The notes: generated from the letters alone by a model not told the origin. A stretch of DNA of 64,000 nt from Patescibacteria group bacterium (GCA_019750255.1 JAIEOU010000003.1:19350-83349), one strand, 5' to 3'. Shown: positions 19,484-30,556, counted from the stretch's first letter. Numbers and translations are program-made.

Positions 19484-20284
19484 ATGAATGACCGCTTTGT
19501 TCATAAAAAATCGCTAGGACAACACTTTCTTAATAGTCCGGTAATTCCTAGAAAGCTGTGCGACGCAGCCGACCTCATTCCGGGGGAAACGGTTGTAGAA
19601 ATTGGCCCTGGTACCGGTGCGCTCACCGCAGTATTGCTTGAGCGCGGGGTAAAGGTCATCGCTATCGAAACCGACGAAAGGGCTATTCTGCACCTCGAGG
19701 AACGCTTCGCGACAGAAATAATGGCTAAAATGCTAGTCATATCGGCACAAGACGCTCGCGAACTTGATCTCACTCAGTTAGGTCTTCACAATCAGGAGTA
19801 TAAAGTGGTAGCGAATATCCCTTACTACCTCTCGGGGTTTCTCTTTCGGACGTTCTTAGAAAACACGCTTCAGCCCTCAACTCTGGTTTTTTTGGTACAG
19901 AAAGAGGTGGCGGAGCGCATTGCTCGCGCTAAAAAAGCCTCGCTCCTATCTCTGTCGGTAGCCGTGTTTGGTAACCCTACATATATATGTACTGTAAAGC
20001 GGGGCAACTTCACCCCGGCTCCCAAAGTGGACTCGGCTATTATCGCCGTCCGTGACATTTCACGGGAACGCCTTATGGATATCGACCCTCGCCACTTTTT
20101 TTACTTACTTCACTTAGGCTTCGGGCAAAAACGTAAACAATTGCTTGGCAACCTAACCGCGGCCTATGAACGAACCACCCTCGAGCGTATTTTCAACGAG
20201 CAGAAATTGAATCTCAACATAAGGGCAGAGGACTTGTCTGTACCGCAGTGGGTTACTCTAGTCCACGCCTTACCACCACAATAA
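19484..20284 (+). CDS. rsmA: 16S rRNA dimethyladenosine transferase
   Basis: KKSLGQHFL, VEIGPGTG, ANIPYY, FTPAPKVDS. Confidence 0.96.
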   Translation: MNDRFVHKKSLGQHFLNSPVIPRKLCDAADLIPGETVVEIGPGTGALTAVLLERGVKVIAIETDERAILHLEERFATEIMAKMLVISAQDARELDLTQLGLHNQEYKVVANIPYYLSGFLFRTFLENTLQPSTLVFLVQKEVAERIARAKKASLLSLSVAVFGNPTYICTVKRGNFTPAPKVDSAIIAVRDISRERLMDIDPRHFFYLLHLGFGQKRKQLLGNLTAAYERTTLERIFNEQKLNLNIRAEDLSVPQWVTLVHALPPQ

Positions 20285-20397
20285 GCACCTCTTTATCCTC
20301 AGTTATTGCCCTATGTACACTAAGTTCTCCCCAGCTTAATCACATCTTGTTCGGTGTTCGTACACGGGAAGGGCTTCGACACTGCTATACTTTACGT

Positions 20398-21294
20398 ATG
20401 TTAGGTGGCATTAATCCCCGAGTGCTCGGATCGAGCTTTATTGGCTTAGCGCTCGTGTGTGGTGCTTGGGTTCTCAATTCCTTGCGGACGGCTCCCACCA
20501 CACCCCCCGAAGCCGCGGTGTACCTCGTTCAGGAAAATGCTCCAGTTCGGAACGCTCTTTCAACAGAAGACCAGAACACTGACGGCATCGAGGACTGGAA
20601 GGAGCCGTTCCTGACTGCTGCGCCAGTTATCTTAAACACCAGTTCCAGCTCAAATGAGCGAACAGGCACCCTCACCGAACAGGTAGGGATTAACCTCATG
20701 GAAAGCATGCTGATGGCGGAGAGCTTTGGTGCGGCCGGTGCGTCAAATGAGCAGCTCATCAAAAATTCGACCGAGCAGGCTTTTCTTGCAAATCGGGACC
20801 GCATCTATACCAGTAGCGACATCACGGTACTAACAAACCCTGAATTAGCGTCCATCCGCGACTACGCGAATGCGGTTGCTTTGATTCTCTCTACGAATGA
20901 TGTAAAGGGCTCAAAAAACGAGCTGCTTCTTTTTGACGAAGCGGTGCGCACTGGTAACCAGCAACTATTTGCTCAGATTACCCGCAAGGCAGACATGTAT
21001 AAGATCTATCGTGACGAGCTCCTCAAACTGCCCGTTCCACTAACCTTAACCCAGGAACACTTACGTCTTATTAATGTTTTTAATGTCATGGAGGCCAATA
21101 TCAGATCTATGACTGAACTTGACACCGACCCGCTAAAGACGCTCGTCCGACTGGAAAACTACCAAGATGACACCACCGAACTCGGTTTGGCATTGAATTA
21201 TTTTTATACTGGAATTTCTAAATTCCCTGACCTCTTCTCACCAAACGATCCAGCTCTTGCCTTTACCACCTTTGGTCAGTTGCAACAACAATAA
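20398..21294 (+). CDS. Membrane-anchored hypothetical protein (first gene of T4SS-like cluster)
   Basis: N-terminal TM, DQNTDGIEDWKE motif; -10 TATACT 6 nt before ATG. Confidence 0.75.
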   Translation: MLGGINPRVLGSSFIGLALVCGAWVLNSLRTAPTTPPEAAVYLVQENAPVRNALSTEDQNTDGIEDWKEPFLTAAPVILNTSSSSNERTGTLTEQVGINLMESMLMAESFGAAGASNEQLIKNSTEQAFLANRDRIYTSSDITVLTNPELASIRDYANAVALILSTNDVKGSKNELLLFDEAVRTGNQQLFAQITRKADMYKIYRDELLKLPVPLTLTQEHLRLINVFNVMEANIRSMTELDTDPLKTLVRLENYQDDTTELGLALNYFYTGISKFPDLFSPNDPALAFTTFGQLQQQ

Positions 21295-21304
21295 GTAATG
21301 TTCT

Positions 21305-23035
21305 ATGAAAACTCTTAACTTTCACTATTTCAATAAGCTCGTCTTTGGTTTTGTCTTCGTCCTGTTTGCGTTTACTACGGTATATATTCCACAGGACCAC
21401 ACACCGAGAGCGGAGGCACAAAACGTTGACCCCGCAGCGGTAGTCCAGCGAGAACGAGGGTGGTTCCAGTCACTCCTCGACTCTGTAAGCTTGACCGGAA
21501 CCTTTAAATCGGGCCTTGCTTCACTTGGTATTAACACCGCACAGTGGAGCGTGACGAGCATATTAAACGGTCTGGCCTGGGCCGCAGCCAAAAACATCCT
21601 TTCGATGATTCAGCGCGATATTGTGCGCTGGATTAATTCTGGTTTCCAAGGGAGTCCCGCGTTTATCCAAGATCTGGGAGGGTTTATCACCAACATAGCC
21701 GACGAAACGGCGGGGCAGTTGATTCAAGAAATCGGCGGGCCCTTATCGTTCGTATGTTCGCCGTTTCAGTTAGACGTACGAATTGCTGTTGCCTCCGCCT
21801 ATAACCGTACCCGCGATAAGAATGCTCGGCGATGTACCCTCACCGGCGCTCTGCAGAATATTCAAAACTTTATCGGCGGCGATATGAATCAAGGTGGCTG
21901 GGATTCATGGATTAGAATTGTGCACCAACCACAGTCTTACACTCCGCTCGGCTCTGCCCTCGATGCGAGCGCAGAGCTTGGTATCCGAATTCGTACCGCT
22001 CAAGGTCGCGAGGTAAACCTGCTTAACTGGGGCGGGGGATTCATGTCGAGCAAGGTTTGCGAAACAGTACCAGGCCCAAGTGGTGACGAGGAAAAATGCC
22101 GTGTTTCAACACCAGGTAATGTTATTGCCAACCAACTCAACCGGAGTTTAGGTCTTGGCGACGAATCGCTCATAGCCGCCGATCAGATTAACGAAATCAT
22201 TGGCGCTCTGATGCAACAGATGGTGAAGCAAGTACTAACCGGGGCAGGGGGGCTCCTCGGTGCGGGCGGTGGACAAGGCAGTAACTCCAAGTACACTGAT
22301 CCTAATTTCAACGTTGACCTCTTTACCGCAAAGACAGAGATTCAGGCAAATAGTAACGAGGGTCGGAAACTAATGATTGAAGCCTTTGCTGCTGAAAGTG
22401 AATTCTTAGATTTAGCGCAGAGCTTTATCGTTCGATACCAAAATGAGTACTCTGCTGATGGTGCGGTACAGGCAAGAGCAGCCGCCGCTTACAATGAGGC
22501 TCGTGAAGTCTTACCAAAGATACAAGACAATCTCACAAAGCTGCAAGCTATCCTTGCCAACTTTGACAGCGCGCCGAATTCTCAGGTGCAACAACAAGTT
22601 CTCCAGGACTTCACCGCCCAGTTTGCTTCGTTTAGCAACCAAATTCAGGTTGACGCAGCGCGCGAGCGGTGGATATCCGCCTTTATTGGCATGGGACCTC
22701 GACCAACGCCAGTAGCAGACAGCGTACTCGATAGTGCGGGTGAGGCGCTTTCAATCGAGGAGCTGTATCTGGATCTCGTTAATTCGGCTATTGACCAATA
22801 CGAAACACTGACAAACCCCAGTCCCGCAGAAAAGGTGGCGTACAATGAGGCTTTCGCTATCCTACCTGACATTCAACGTAACGTAATTGATCTACGAGAC
22901 ATCATTGACGCTCTTAAGGCCGGCGACAATGATGCCGAGGCGGACTTTACAGCCATTAAGCCTGACCTCCACACTGAAGTGGAGGTGACAAAAGCCCGCG
23001 TTGACTGGGAAGCGGCGCTCGGTACTTTACCGTAA
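21305..23035 (+). CDS. Secreted/membrane hypothetical protein of the T4SS-like cluster
   Basis: N-terminal signal/TM, WINSGFQGSPAF segment, Cys pairs, helical C-terminus. Confidence 0.75.
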   Translation: MKTLNFHYFNKLVFGFVFVLFAFTTVYIPQDHTPRAEAQNVDPAAVVQRERGWFQSLLDSVSLTGTFKSGLASLGINTAQWSVTSILNGLAWAAAKNILSMIQRDIVRWINSGFQGSPAFIQDLGGFITNIADETAGQLIQEIGGPLSFVCSPFQLDVRIAVASAYNRTRDKNARRCTLTGALQNIQNFIGGDMNQGGWDSWIRIVHQPQSYTPLGSALDASAELGIRIRTAQGREVNLLNWGGGFMSSKVCETVPGPSGDEEKCRVSTPGNVIANQLNRSLGLGDESLIAADQINEIIGALMQQMVKQVLTGAGGLLGAGGGQGSNSKYTDPNFNVDLFTAKTEIQANSNEGRKLMIEAFAAESEFLDLAQSFIVRYQNEYSADGAVQARAAAAYNEAREVLPKIQDNLTKLQAILANFDSAPNSQVQQQVLQDFTAQFASFSNQIQVDAARERWISAFIGMGPRPTPVADSVLDSAGEALSIEELYLDLVNSAIDQYETLTNPSPAEKVAYNEAFAILPDIQRNVIDLRDIIDALKAGDNDAEADFTAIKPDLHTEVEVTKARVDWEAALGTLP

Positions 23036-23053
23036 CAGCCGCACATCTCTTAC

Positions 23054-25273
23054 ATGACACGCCTGCGCCAGCTCAATTTTCTCTACTGCCTATCACTCTG
23101 TCTTGTAGTGCTGGTTTTGGTACTGCCAACCCTCGTGTCGGCTCAGCAGGGTGGTGCTCCTGTTACCGCCTCAGAACAAAACACGCTTATGATGCGGGTG
23201 CTCTGGTGGATAGTCGCATCCGTCTTTGGCGGCCTTACCTGGGCTACTGGTTTACTCCTCGACTATAGTATTAGGGAGCTGGTAATTAATTTCGGTAGCC
23301 TCTACCAAACCTCAGGTTTAGGAGTAGCAGTAAACAACCTCTGGGGAGTGGTGCGCGATCTATTCAACCTCACGTTTATCTTCGGGCTCATTTATATTGG
23401 GTTCCGCATGATTATCAATAGCGATGACAGCGGGGCCAAGAAGGCGATCGTTAACCTGATTATCGCGGCACTGCTCGTTAACTTCAGTCTGTTTATCACG
23501 AAAACCGTCATCGATTTTTCCAATATTGCAGCGGTCCAGATCACCCAAGTAATATACCGGGGCGGAACCGCCACCAACCAATCCATCAGTGTAGCGTTTG
23601 GTGTCCAGATGGGACTCTCGAGTCTCTGGGGACAGACCCAAGAGCAAGCAAATACAGCACGTCTACAAACAGGGGGAGATCTGCCAGGACAAGGGGGGCT
23701 GCTCTATATATTTGGGGCGATGATCCTCTTTTTGATTGCAGCATTTTGTTTTGCGGCGGGAGCAATACTCCTCTTTGTCCGCTTTATTGCCCTGAATATC
23801 ATGATGATTCTTTCTCCCATCATGTTCCTTGGCCGAGTGTTTGAACCACTGCAGACCTATTCCTCTGCCTATTGGAAGAAGTTCCTGAGCTACTGCTTTT
23901 TTGCCCCAGCGTTTCTTTTAATGCTGTATTTCTCTCTCTATATCCTCGGTCAATTCACTGGCTCTATCCGCAATTCAAGTGGCCTCGCGGCCGAGCTTGG
24001 TCCAGGCGCCACTGGAGTTAACGCAATTGCAGCACTGCTGATGTCAGGCGGGTTCCTGATCGCCTCAGTGCTGGTCGCGCAAAAGATGAGTGGGGCAGCC
24101 GGAAGCATGACGGTTAAGGTGGGAAACAACCTGCGCGAGCGGGGACAGCGTATGATTGGTGCCTCAACGTTTGGAGCTGGCGCCTACGTCGGCCAAAGGA
24201 CTCTCGGTCGCGCCAGTGCCCGACTGTCTGACTCAGATACCATGAAGAACTGGGCATCGAGAAACCCAACAATGGGTAGAGCTGCGCTCAAGGTTACAAG
24301 TGCAGTAGGGGATGCATCATTTGATGGACGCGCCGCTCTCGCGGCAGCAGGTGTTAAAGGTCTTGGTAGTGCAACCAAGGGAGGCTATGAAACGCGCATG
24401 AAGGAAGCCGCTAAATCTGATAGGGAGTTTGCTGATACTCTCGGTGAGCAAAAGCTTGCTGACGCGGCGACACAAGCCGGAAGAACAGAACGAGCTTCAC
24501 AAATTGCTCCGGCAATAGCCACGATTAAGGCCGACTCAACAACCGAAGGTACCGCTGGCTACGAACTTAAGCAGACAGAGACTAAGCAGGCGAATGCACG
24601 AACAGTCACCTTAGCGGCTAATAATGAATTGTCTTCGATACAGCAAAACAGTAGAGCAGCCCAAGAGCCAGAACTCCAGAAGATTGCACTCTACCAAGAA
24701 CAGTTAGCCGCTGCGACAGACCCGACAGTGATAGCGAGCCTTAAGGATAAAATTAAAGCCAGCACCGACAAAGCTAAGGAGATTGAAGGAAATTTTGATA
24801 CTGCCACTAAAGCAGCGCAACAGAAAGTTACTGCTGCCCAGGCAGCCGAAAAAGGTATCGAGGCTCAGATTAAGTCAATCAATGACAAAATTGCCAAACA
24901 AGCGGAAGCGCGGTTTACCTATGCTCGCCAACTTACACTCATTGAGAGCCGAAAAAAGAGTCGCGATCGCTACACCGTAAAACTTCCTCGTGCCGTTAGT
25001 GGTGGAGCGGGCGCGGCCGGAGCGGCAGCCGCAGGGGCAGGTTTGTACGCAGCTGGGACTGCCGGGGCAGGGGCACTGGCTCTTGGTAGTGTCGTAAATT
25101 CGTATGGTGAAAGCTATGGCGCTCAAGTGGAAGCGTTAGAAAAAACCTACGGCAAAGACGGGACTAAGAAAATAAAAGCTTCGGAGCAAAAGAATAAAAT
25201 GAAAGAGCTCGGTGAAGTTTTGAAAGAAGAAGGGGTGATACCTAAAGAAAAGAAAGCTGATAAGGATGATTAA
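23054..25273 (+). CDS. VirB6/TrbL-like polytopic membrane protein with coiled-coil tail
   Basis: WGVVRDLFN, LIIAALLVNFSLFITKTVID, many TMs, Ala/Gly-rich and coiled-coil C-terminus. Confidence 0.75.
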   Translation: MTRLRQLNFLYCLSLCLVVLVLVLPTLVSAQQGGAPVTASEQNTLMMRVLWWIVASVFGGLTWATGLLLDYSIRELVINFGSLYQTSGLGVAVNNLWGVVRDLFNLTFIFGLIYIGFRMIINSDDSGAKKAIVNLIIAALLVNFSLFITKTVIDFSNIAAVQITQVIYRGGTATNQSISVAFGVQMGLSSLWGQTQEQANTARLQTGGDLPGQGGLLYIFGAMILFLIAAFCFAAGAILLFVRFIALNIMMILSPIMFLGRVFEPLQTYSSAYWKKFLSYCFFAPAFLLMLYFSLYILGQFTGSIRNSSGLAAELGPGATGVNAIAALLMSGGFLIASVLVAQKMSGAAGSMTVKVGNNLRERGQRMIGASTFGAGAYVGQRTLGRASARLSDSDTMKNWASRNPTMGRAALKVTSAVGDASFDGRAALAAAGVKGLGSATKGGYETRMKEAAKSDREFADTLGEQKLADAATQAGRTERASQIAPAIATIKADSTTEGTAGYELKQTETKQANARTVTLAANNELSSIQQNSRAAQEPELQKIALYQEQLAAATDPTVIASLKDKIKASTDKAKEIEGNFDTATKAAQQKVTAAQAAEKGIEAQIKSINDKIAKQAEARFTYARQLTLIESRKKSRDRYTVKLPRAVSGGAGAAGAAAAGAGLYAAGTAGAGALALGSVVNSYGESYGAQVEALEKTYGKDGTKKIKASEQKNKMKELGEVLKEEGVIPKEKKADKDD

Positions 25274-25282
25274 TATTCACCT

Positions 25283-25816
25283 ATGAACCCAACTATTGCT
25301 GACGAACGCCTCTATCAAATCACCGACCCTGCCTATCGCGACTACATTTTAAGTGGCGACACGACTGACCTGGCTATTATTCTTGGCTCGACCCATAACT
25401 TAGACGAGCAGGCAGTGGGAGTACTTGAGAATGCGATTGATCTTTATCTTTTATGGCTCCTCGACGCCACCGGCCTGGCGACATTTATTAGTCGTCAATG
25501 CGACCTCTCATTAGATGATGCCGCGGTACTGGTTGCCGCTATAGACCTTGCCCTACCTGAAGACGTTCTCCAAGCACACGCACACCCAGAGGCGATGTTA
25601 CAGGCAGCTCCGTCACCAACTATTGCCACCGAAATTGCCGCCACCGAAGCCGCACTTGCGCACATCTCAACCGTGCGCACGATGGCGCGCGACATGGAGG
25701 ACCTAAAGAGCCAAGCACCGCAGGATAATGCTATCTATAAATCATCTCAAGATACCATTCGGCCCGACAGCACACAGGCCGACACCTCTCGGTGGGGTAG
25801 TGGTGCTCAAAAGTAA
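25283..25816 (+). CDS. Hypothetical protein
   Basis: 177-aa ORF packed in the operon; RTMARDM motif. Confidence 0.7.
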   Translation: MNPTIADERLYQITDPAYRDYILSGDTTDLAIILGSTHNLDEQAVGVLENAIDLYLLWLLDATGLATFISRQCDLSLDDAAVLVAAIDLALPEDVLQAHAHPEAMLQAAPSPTIATEIAATEAALAHISTVRTMARDMEDLKSQAPQDNAIYKSSQDTIRPDSTQADTSRWGSGAQK

Positions 25817-25886
25817 CGAACACATGGGGATACCGGGAGCCGCTTCGTCATATAACGGAGCGGCTCCATGTATAATGAACTAATCT

Positions 25887-26309
25887 ATGCGTTTTGAGGT
25901 TCCTCAGTTTATCGAGATCGAAGACCGCATCATAGGTCCTTTTAGTTGGCGTCAGTTTTTGTATTTAGGCGGCGGTCTGGGCATGGGAGTAGTGCTCTTT
26001 TTAACGACGCCCTTTATCGTTTTTCTTCTCATCGGCCTTCCTCTCGCCGTTCTGGCGCTGGCACTGGCTTTTTATCCAATAAATAATCGACCTTTTTCTT
26101 TCTTCTTGGAGGCGATGTTTAACTACTTCTACAACCATCGTCTCTATCTGTGGCGCCGCAAAGAGCAGGTAATCTATAAAAAGGAACCGGCCCCAAGCAC
26201 CGTGGTCGATGATCTTACCACCACAAGTACACAGAAGCCCCGACATCAGTCCATTTCCTCCCTGTCTCGCCAACTCGAACTGCAAGCACTCCAAAAAAAA
26301 GATTTATAA
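25887..26309 (+). CDS. PrgI-family (VirB3-like) membrane protein
   Basis: MRFEVPQFIEIEDRIIGPFSWRQF, 2 TMs, NNRPF. Confidence 0.9.
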   Translation: MRFEVPQFIEIEDRIIGPFSWRQFLYLGGGLGMGVVLFLTTPFIVFLLIGLPLAVLALALAFYPINNRPFSFFLEAMFNYFYNHRLYLWRRKEQVIYKKEPAPSTVVDDLTTTSTQKPRHQSISSLSRQLELQALQKKDL

Positions 26310-26312
26310 CCT

Positions 26313-26948
26313 ATGCCCAAAGCCACTCCAGCCAGCCAAGAATTCGTTAGTATTCGCGACATCCGCGAGGGTGTTGTGATGTTAAAAGGGGGACAGACGT
26401 GCAGCGTTCTACTGGCTTCTTCCATAAATTTTGCCTTAAAGTCACAAGACGAACAGCGTGCAATCTTGCTCCAGTTCCAAAACTTTCTCAACACGTTAGA
26501 TTTTTCAATTCAAATCTATGTACAATCTCGCCGCATGAACATCGAGCCCTACCTAGAGCTCTTACGAACACGAGAGGGGGATCAGGACAATGACCTGATG
26601 CGCGTACAGCTACGGGAATACATGGAGTTCGTCCGTACTTTTACCACCGAAGTCGACGTCATGACCAAAAGCTTCTTTGTTATAGTGCCTTACACACCAG
26701 CGCCACTTAATCTTTCAAAAAACCTGGGGTCATTCTTGGCGCAAGGCAAGTCAGCCCCCGCAACGACAGAGACGCGCTTCGAAGAACAGCGTGTTGCGCT
26801 TGAGCAGCGCATTGCGATTGTGAAGCAAGGACTCGATCGTATCGGCGTTCGCACGATTGCCCTTGGCAATGACGAGCTCGTTGAATTTTATTACCACATA
26901 TACAACCCCGGTGATCCTACCTCAAGCGCGCCCTCAGCCGACGTCTAA
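26313..26948 (+). CDS. TraC-like / VirB4 N-terminal-like protein
   Basis: INFALKSQDEQ..I...FQNFLNTLDFSIQI, between PrgI and VirB4. Confidence 0.75.
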   Translation: MPKATPASQEFVSIRDIREGVVMLKGGQTCSVLLASSINFALKSQDEQRAILLQFQNFLNTLDFSIQIYVQSRRMNIEPYLELLRTREGDQDNDLMRVQLREYMEFVRTFTTEVDVMTKSFFVIVPYTPAPLNLSKNLGSFLAQGKSAPATTETRFEEQRVALEQRIAIVKQGLDRIGVRTIALGNDELVEFYYHIYNPGDPTSSAPSADV

Positions 26949-26957
26949 TTAATAATT

Positions 26958-28754
26958 ATGGGTATTTTTGATATTTTAAAACCGTCACAGAAGAACGATA
27001 CCGTCACCGATTTGGCAGACCACCTCCTCACCATCACTGATGTGATTGCACCATCGGCGGTACAAATTGGACCTCGTAGCATCAGTATTGGTGGGGTAAA
27101 CGCGCGGGTTTTTTACGCCGTTGCCTACCCACGCTATCTGACCGACGGCTGGCTCCAGCCGGTGACAAACCTCGAGCGAGAACTCGATATATCTATTTTC
27201 ATTCACCCGGTCAACACGGCTGATATGTTGAAGAAGTTCCAGAAGAAAGTAGCCGAGGTACAGAGCCAGATTCACATGAAAGCCGACAAGGGTGAGGTGC
27301 GCGATCCTCAACTCGAAGCCGCCTACCAAAACCTTGAAGATTTGCGCGACAAGCTCCAGCAATCAGAAGAGCGCCTCTTTGATGTAGGCTTCTATATCAG
27401 TGTCTACGGCCAAGATGAAGCCGCGCTCAACAAGGCTGAAAATGAAATTAAAGGCCTTCTTGATTCTCGCCTTATATACATAAAGCCGGGTTACTTCCAG
27501 CAAGAGCCGGGAATGAAGAGTATTGTGCCGGTAGCACAAGACGAACTACTCGTTCATAGTAAATTTAACTCTTCACCGCTCTCTAGTTTTTTCCCGTTCA
27601 CGTCTTTCGATTTAACATCCGATAACGGCATCCTCTATGGCATCAATCGCCACAATTCCTCCTTGGTACTGTTTGACCGCTTTAGCCTTACAAACTACAA
27701 CTCGGTCACCTTTGCCACCTCTGGAGCAGGGAAGTCCTATGCACTGAAGCTGGAAATCTTACGATCGCTGATGTTCGGAACCGAAGTAATTGTGCTCGAC
27801 CCAGAACGCGAGTACGAATACCTGGCCGAAGCCACTGGTGGGCGCTTTTTCAACATCTCCCTTTCGTCTGACCACCACATCAATCCCTTTGACCTACCCG
27901 CCCCGCAAGAAGACGAAAACCCCCAAGACATCTTACGCAGTCACGTGGTTGAACTCATTGGTCTCTTTCGGTTGATGTTGGGCGGTCTCGCTCCTGAAGA
28001 AGAAACCATTATTGACCTCGCCATCCATGAAACCTACGCGCTTAAAGATATCTCTGGTGACACTGATTTTTCAAACCAAGAACCCCCACTTCTCTCTGAC
28101 TTTGAAATGGTACTTGCTGGCATGGACGGCAGCGCTTCCTTGATTACCCGCCTACAGAAGTACACATCGGGTACTTGGTCAGGCTTCATGAACAAAGCTA
28201 CCAATGTTGATATCAACCAGAAGTTTGTGGTGTTTTCACTACGTGATATGGAGGATGAACTCAAAACCATCGCGATGTACATTGTGACCAACTTCATTTG
28301 GAGTGCCGTTCGTCGCCGCCTGACCAAGCGCCTCCTTGTTATCGACGAGGCTTGGTGGATGATGAAGTCAGAAGATACGGCTTCATTCCTCTTTAGTCTA
28401 GCCAAACGAGGTCGTAAGTACTATTTGGGAATCGCGACAATTACCCAGGATGTCGATGACTTTCTTCGCTCTCCGTACGGAGTACCGATGATTACGAACT
28501 CTTCTATTCAGCTGCTCATGAAGCAATCACCAACAGCCATTGACAACATTCAGCGCACCTTCAATCTTACTGATGAAGAAAAGTTCTTACTTTTGGAGTC
28601 GGGGGTAGGGGAGGGAATATTCTTTGCCGGACTCAAGCACGTAGCCATAAAAATTATCGCCTCCTACACAGAAGATCAAATCATCACGTCTGACCCATCA
28701 CAATTACTACAAATTAAGCGTGCCCGTGCCGAGCTTCGTGCTGCTCGACCGTAG
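26958..28754 (+). CDS. VirB4-like T4SS ATPase
   Basis: ATSGAGKS, LDPEREY, INPFD, VIDEAW, RGRKY, ITQD. Confidence 0.93.
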   Translation: MGIFDILKPSQKNDTVTDLADHLLTITDVIAPSAVQIGPRSISIGGVNARVFYAVAYPRYLTDGWLQPVTNLERELDISIFIHPVNTADMLKKFQKKVAEVQSQIHMKADKGEVRDPQLEAAYQNLEDLRDKLQQSEERLFDVGFYISVYGQDEAALNKAENEIKGLLDSRLIYIKPGYFQQEPGMKSIVPVAQDELLVHSKFNSSPLSSFFPFTSFDLTSDNGILYGINRHNSSLVLFDRFSLTNYNSVTFATSGAGKSYALKLEILRSLMFGTEVIVLDPEREYEYLAEATGGRFFNISLSSDHHINPFDLPAPQEDENPQDILRSHVVELIGLFRLMLGGLAPEEETIIDLAIHETYALKDISGDTDFSNQEPPLLSDFEMVLAGMDGSASLITRLQKYTSGTWSGFMNKATNVDINQKFVVFSLRDMEDELKTIAMYIVTNFIWSAVRRRLTKRLLVIDEAWWMMKSEDTASFLFSLAKRGRKYYLGIATITQDVDDFLRSPYGVPMITNSSIQLLMKQSPTAIDNIQRTFNLTDEEKFLLLESGVGEGIFFAGLKHVAIKIIASYTEDQIITSDPSQLLQIKRARAELRAARP

Positions 28755-28768
28755 TACAATAAGCGAAC

Positions 28769-29518
28769 ATGGCTGATCGCCGCCTGCAAGCCTCCCTAGA
28801 CCGCGCCCGCACTGGTCGACAGACCACAGACGAGCTTTTTAATGATGAATATGCTCGATCTGGTCTACAACCAACCAATGTGGTCGTCGATCGTAGATCG
28901 CCCCGCGCTCCTAATCGAACAGAGTCAGAAAAGTTAGACGAGGAGAAGGCTCTACAGGAGATGGCGGCGTTCGAACGAGCAGAGAAGACTCAACAATTGC
29001 GCCAACGATTTACTCAGCAGCCAACACAAACCAACGTCGGCCAGGCAGAGGAGGCAATCGACACCGCCGTAGCGTTACGTAGCCGAAGTGTTTTTGTATG
29101 GATGATGGGTTGGCACTGGTGGCAGTGGACCACCCTTCAATTATCAATCGGACTACTTTCGATTATGTTTCTCGGATTAGCGTACGGTCTTGAGAGTAGC
29201 TGGCTCGGAAGGGTCGTGGGTCGAGTGGCTGGTGCAGTTAATGCTGTCACTTCGTTTGTCGGGTTTGATTTTTCCCTGTTTAGCCCCGAAAATATGTTCT
29301 GGGTGCTCTATATATTCCTTCTGGGCATGATGTGGCTCAGTCTGTTCGCTACAGTAGTTACTTATATGTGTGTCCAGCATCGAGCCTTATCGGGGAAGAG
29401 AACTGGTCTAAAGTATGGCACGGTAGCCCTCGCGCTTATCGGGTACGCAGTACCAATTGCTAACTTATTTCCCTGGGTTGTGTTCTATATTTTGGTCATG
29501 ACTCGCTACCCACGGTAG
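28769..29518 (+). CDS. Membrane protein, unknown function
   Basis: Charged N-terminus plus 3-4 C-terminal TMs. Confidence 0.75.
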   Translation: MADRRLQASLDRARTGRQTTDELFNDEYARSGLQPTNVVVDRRSPRAPNRTESEKLDEEKALQEMAAFERAEKTQQLRQRFTQQPTQTNVGQAEEAIDTAVALRSRSVFVWMMGWHWWQWTTLQLSIGLLSIMFLGLAYGLESSWLGRVVGRVAGAVNAVTSFVGFDFSLFSPENMFWVLYIFLLGMMWLSLFATVVTYMCVQHRALSGKRTGLKYGTVALALIGYAVPIANLFPWVVFYILVMTRYPR

Positions 29519-29595
29519 CTGCCTCTGGTATTCGCAGCCCTCTGCCGTGTTCAAAAATAACATTTCTGAGCGGTCGTACTGGTATGATTGATGGT

Positions 29596-30552
29596 ATGAA
29601 GATTGTTGCTTTGGTTTTATTTTTCTTAAGTTTTTTCACCGCCCCGGTGGCATATGCTCAAGTTTCTGCAACCCCTTTCCTTAACCAGCTACAAATTGTT
29701 ACCGACCCACTATATCCCTCTCCACAGAGTGAGATAGGGGTAAATCTCAATGACTACGGATTAGCTGGCGCCGGCGGGACTATTGAATGGGTGGTCGACG
29801 GGGTTCGTCGTAGTGATTTGCACAATAAAAGATCTTTTACGATAACAACTGGCGCTACAGGCGTGCCGATGGTACTTGAAGCCATGATTACCCCCGCAAA
29901 CGGACCGCGCATGACCGCTCGCAACACTATTTCTCCGACCTATCTTGATCTAATTATCGAAGCCCAGACTCGTGTGCCGGGTTTTTATCTCGGTCGGGCT
30001 CTCCCTAGTATCGGTAGCGCCGTTAATGTGACCGCCCTCATAAATGGTACAGCTGTTTCACCGCGCGATTTACTATTTAGATGGCAAATGAACGAAACCG
30101 CCCTCCTCGGTGGACCTGTACAAGGACAGAACCAAGTTACCTTTACCATGCCACAAGGGGGAGCTACTCTAGGAGTCGTAGTAGAGAGGGTAGGTGGTGG
30201 TGTGATTGCGAGCAAAAATATATTTCTCCAGAATGCAGAACAGACGGTTCGTTTTTATGAGGTAAATAGTCTCTACGGGATGGCTAAGCGGTCGGCAGAG
30301 CGCCTATCTCTCATTGGTAACAGCACTACCGTAAGGGCGGAGCCGTTTCATCTCGATATCCGTACCTACAACAACCCCGACATCGCCACCTGGTCAAGCT
30401 CCGCAATTACTCTTTCTCAAGGCACAAACCCATATGAAGCGACCATCGTCCGGCAAGCTGGTTTAACTGGAGTTGGGGCGGTCGGTTTCCATGTACGCAA
30501 CGAAAATCAAATCCTACAAGGTAGCCAAGCAAGCCTCCAGGTGAGCTACTAA
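29596..30552 (+). CDS. Secreted beta-rich (Ig-like) protein
   Basis: Signal peptide ending AYA-Q; beta-strand-rich sequence. Confidence 0.75.
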   Translation: MKIVALVLFFLSFFTAPVAYAQVSATPFLNQLQIVTDPLYPSPQSEIGVNLNDYGLAGAGGTIEWVVDGVRRSDLHNKRSFTITTGATGVPMVLEAMITPANGPRMTARNTISPTYLDLIIEAQTRVPGFYLGRALPSIGSAVNVTALINGTAVSPRDLLFRWQMNETALLGGPVQGQNQVTFTMPQGGATLGVVVERVGGGVIASKNIFLQNAEQTVRFYEVNSLYGMAKRSAERLSLIGNSTTVRAEPFHLDIRTYNNPDIATWSSSAITLSQGTNPYEATIVRQAGLTGVGAVGFHVRNENQILQGSQASLQVSY

Positions 30553-30556
30553 ACTT

